In this document: positions 37,063 through 37,141 of the stretch, piece after piece | Layout of the letters: the number at the start of each line of letters is the position of its first letter | Numbering within the stretch: the stretch's first letter is position 1 | Assembly (NCBI RefSeq): GCF_001186125.1 | Contig: NW_014040466.1 | Span: forward strand, 1-37,141 | DNA from: Sphaeroforma arctica JP610 | Lineage: Eukaryota | Direction: 5' to 3' | DNA: 37,141 nt | Program-made: the position numbers and the translations under genes | The notes under the pieces: model-generated | What the model saw: only the letters and a program-made list of their open reading frames with translations | Database searches by the model: none | What the model was told of the DNA's origin: nothing

Positions 37063-37141
37063 AAGCCGGGCCTCCACATTAGACTTTATGTTATAAACGT
37101 ACTCTTAAGCAGTACGTAAATCATAAACGTACTCTTAATAG

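Larger units (their letters stand above)
36125..37070 (+). mobile_element. Highly degenerate Gypsy pol fragment (RT end, RNase H, MTase) related to the element at 1-4567
   Basis: YRVSSEAIIIDPKKV..., FMVASDASKMALGDLLYQ, FFSRAMNLSQINY, FVSRWHD, PDIMTRFIP, then MTase motifs. Confidence 0.82.

Noticed and set aside
1..37141. RIP-like hypermutation or strong CpG depletion
   Set aside because: CpG and CpA remain plentiful in the elements by eye, and decay includes many indels; not quantified.

Overview
This is a eukaryotic, transposon-dense window with no confidently identifiable host gene and a 20-N assembly gap at 15323-15342. It contains nested, mostly degenerate mobile elements. (1) A Ty3/Gypsy-type retrotransposon on the - strand (1-4567; gag, protease, RT, RNase H) has a Dam-like N6-adenine DNA methyltransferase domain (IDMFA...NPPW) directly after RNase H. 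(2) A Ty1/Copia element on the + strand (~5545-8816) is followed by an LTR at 9817-10319, with a related solo LTR at 19017-19446. (3) A Gypsy integrase fragment lies at ~10330-11400. (4) There is a 264-bp TG...CA foldback element and a possible non-autonomous Helitron. (5) A 3.4-kb piggyBac-like transposon has TGT...ACA ends and a CTAG rather than TTAA flank. (6) A second, GC-rich Copia (- strand, 29886-~36120) carries a homologous methyltransferase domain between the integrase His-His motif and the integrase core. (7) A diverged relative of element 1 at 36125-37070 also keeps the RNase H-methyltransferase order. The main signal is three copies of one N6-adenine methyltransferase family in two LTR-retrotransposon superfamilies, at two different polyprotein positions. 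All assignments come from manual motif recognition; no database search was run.
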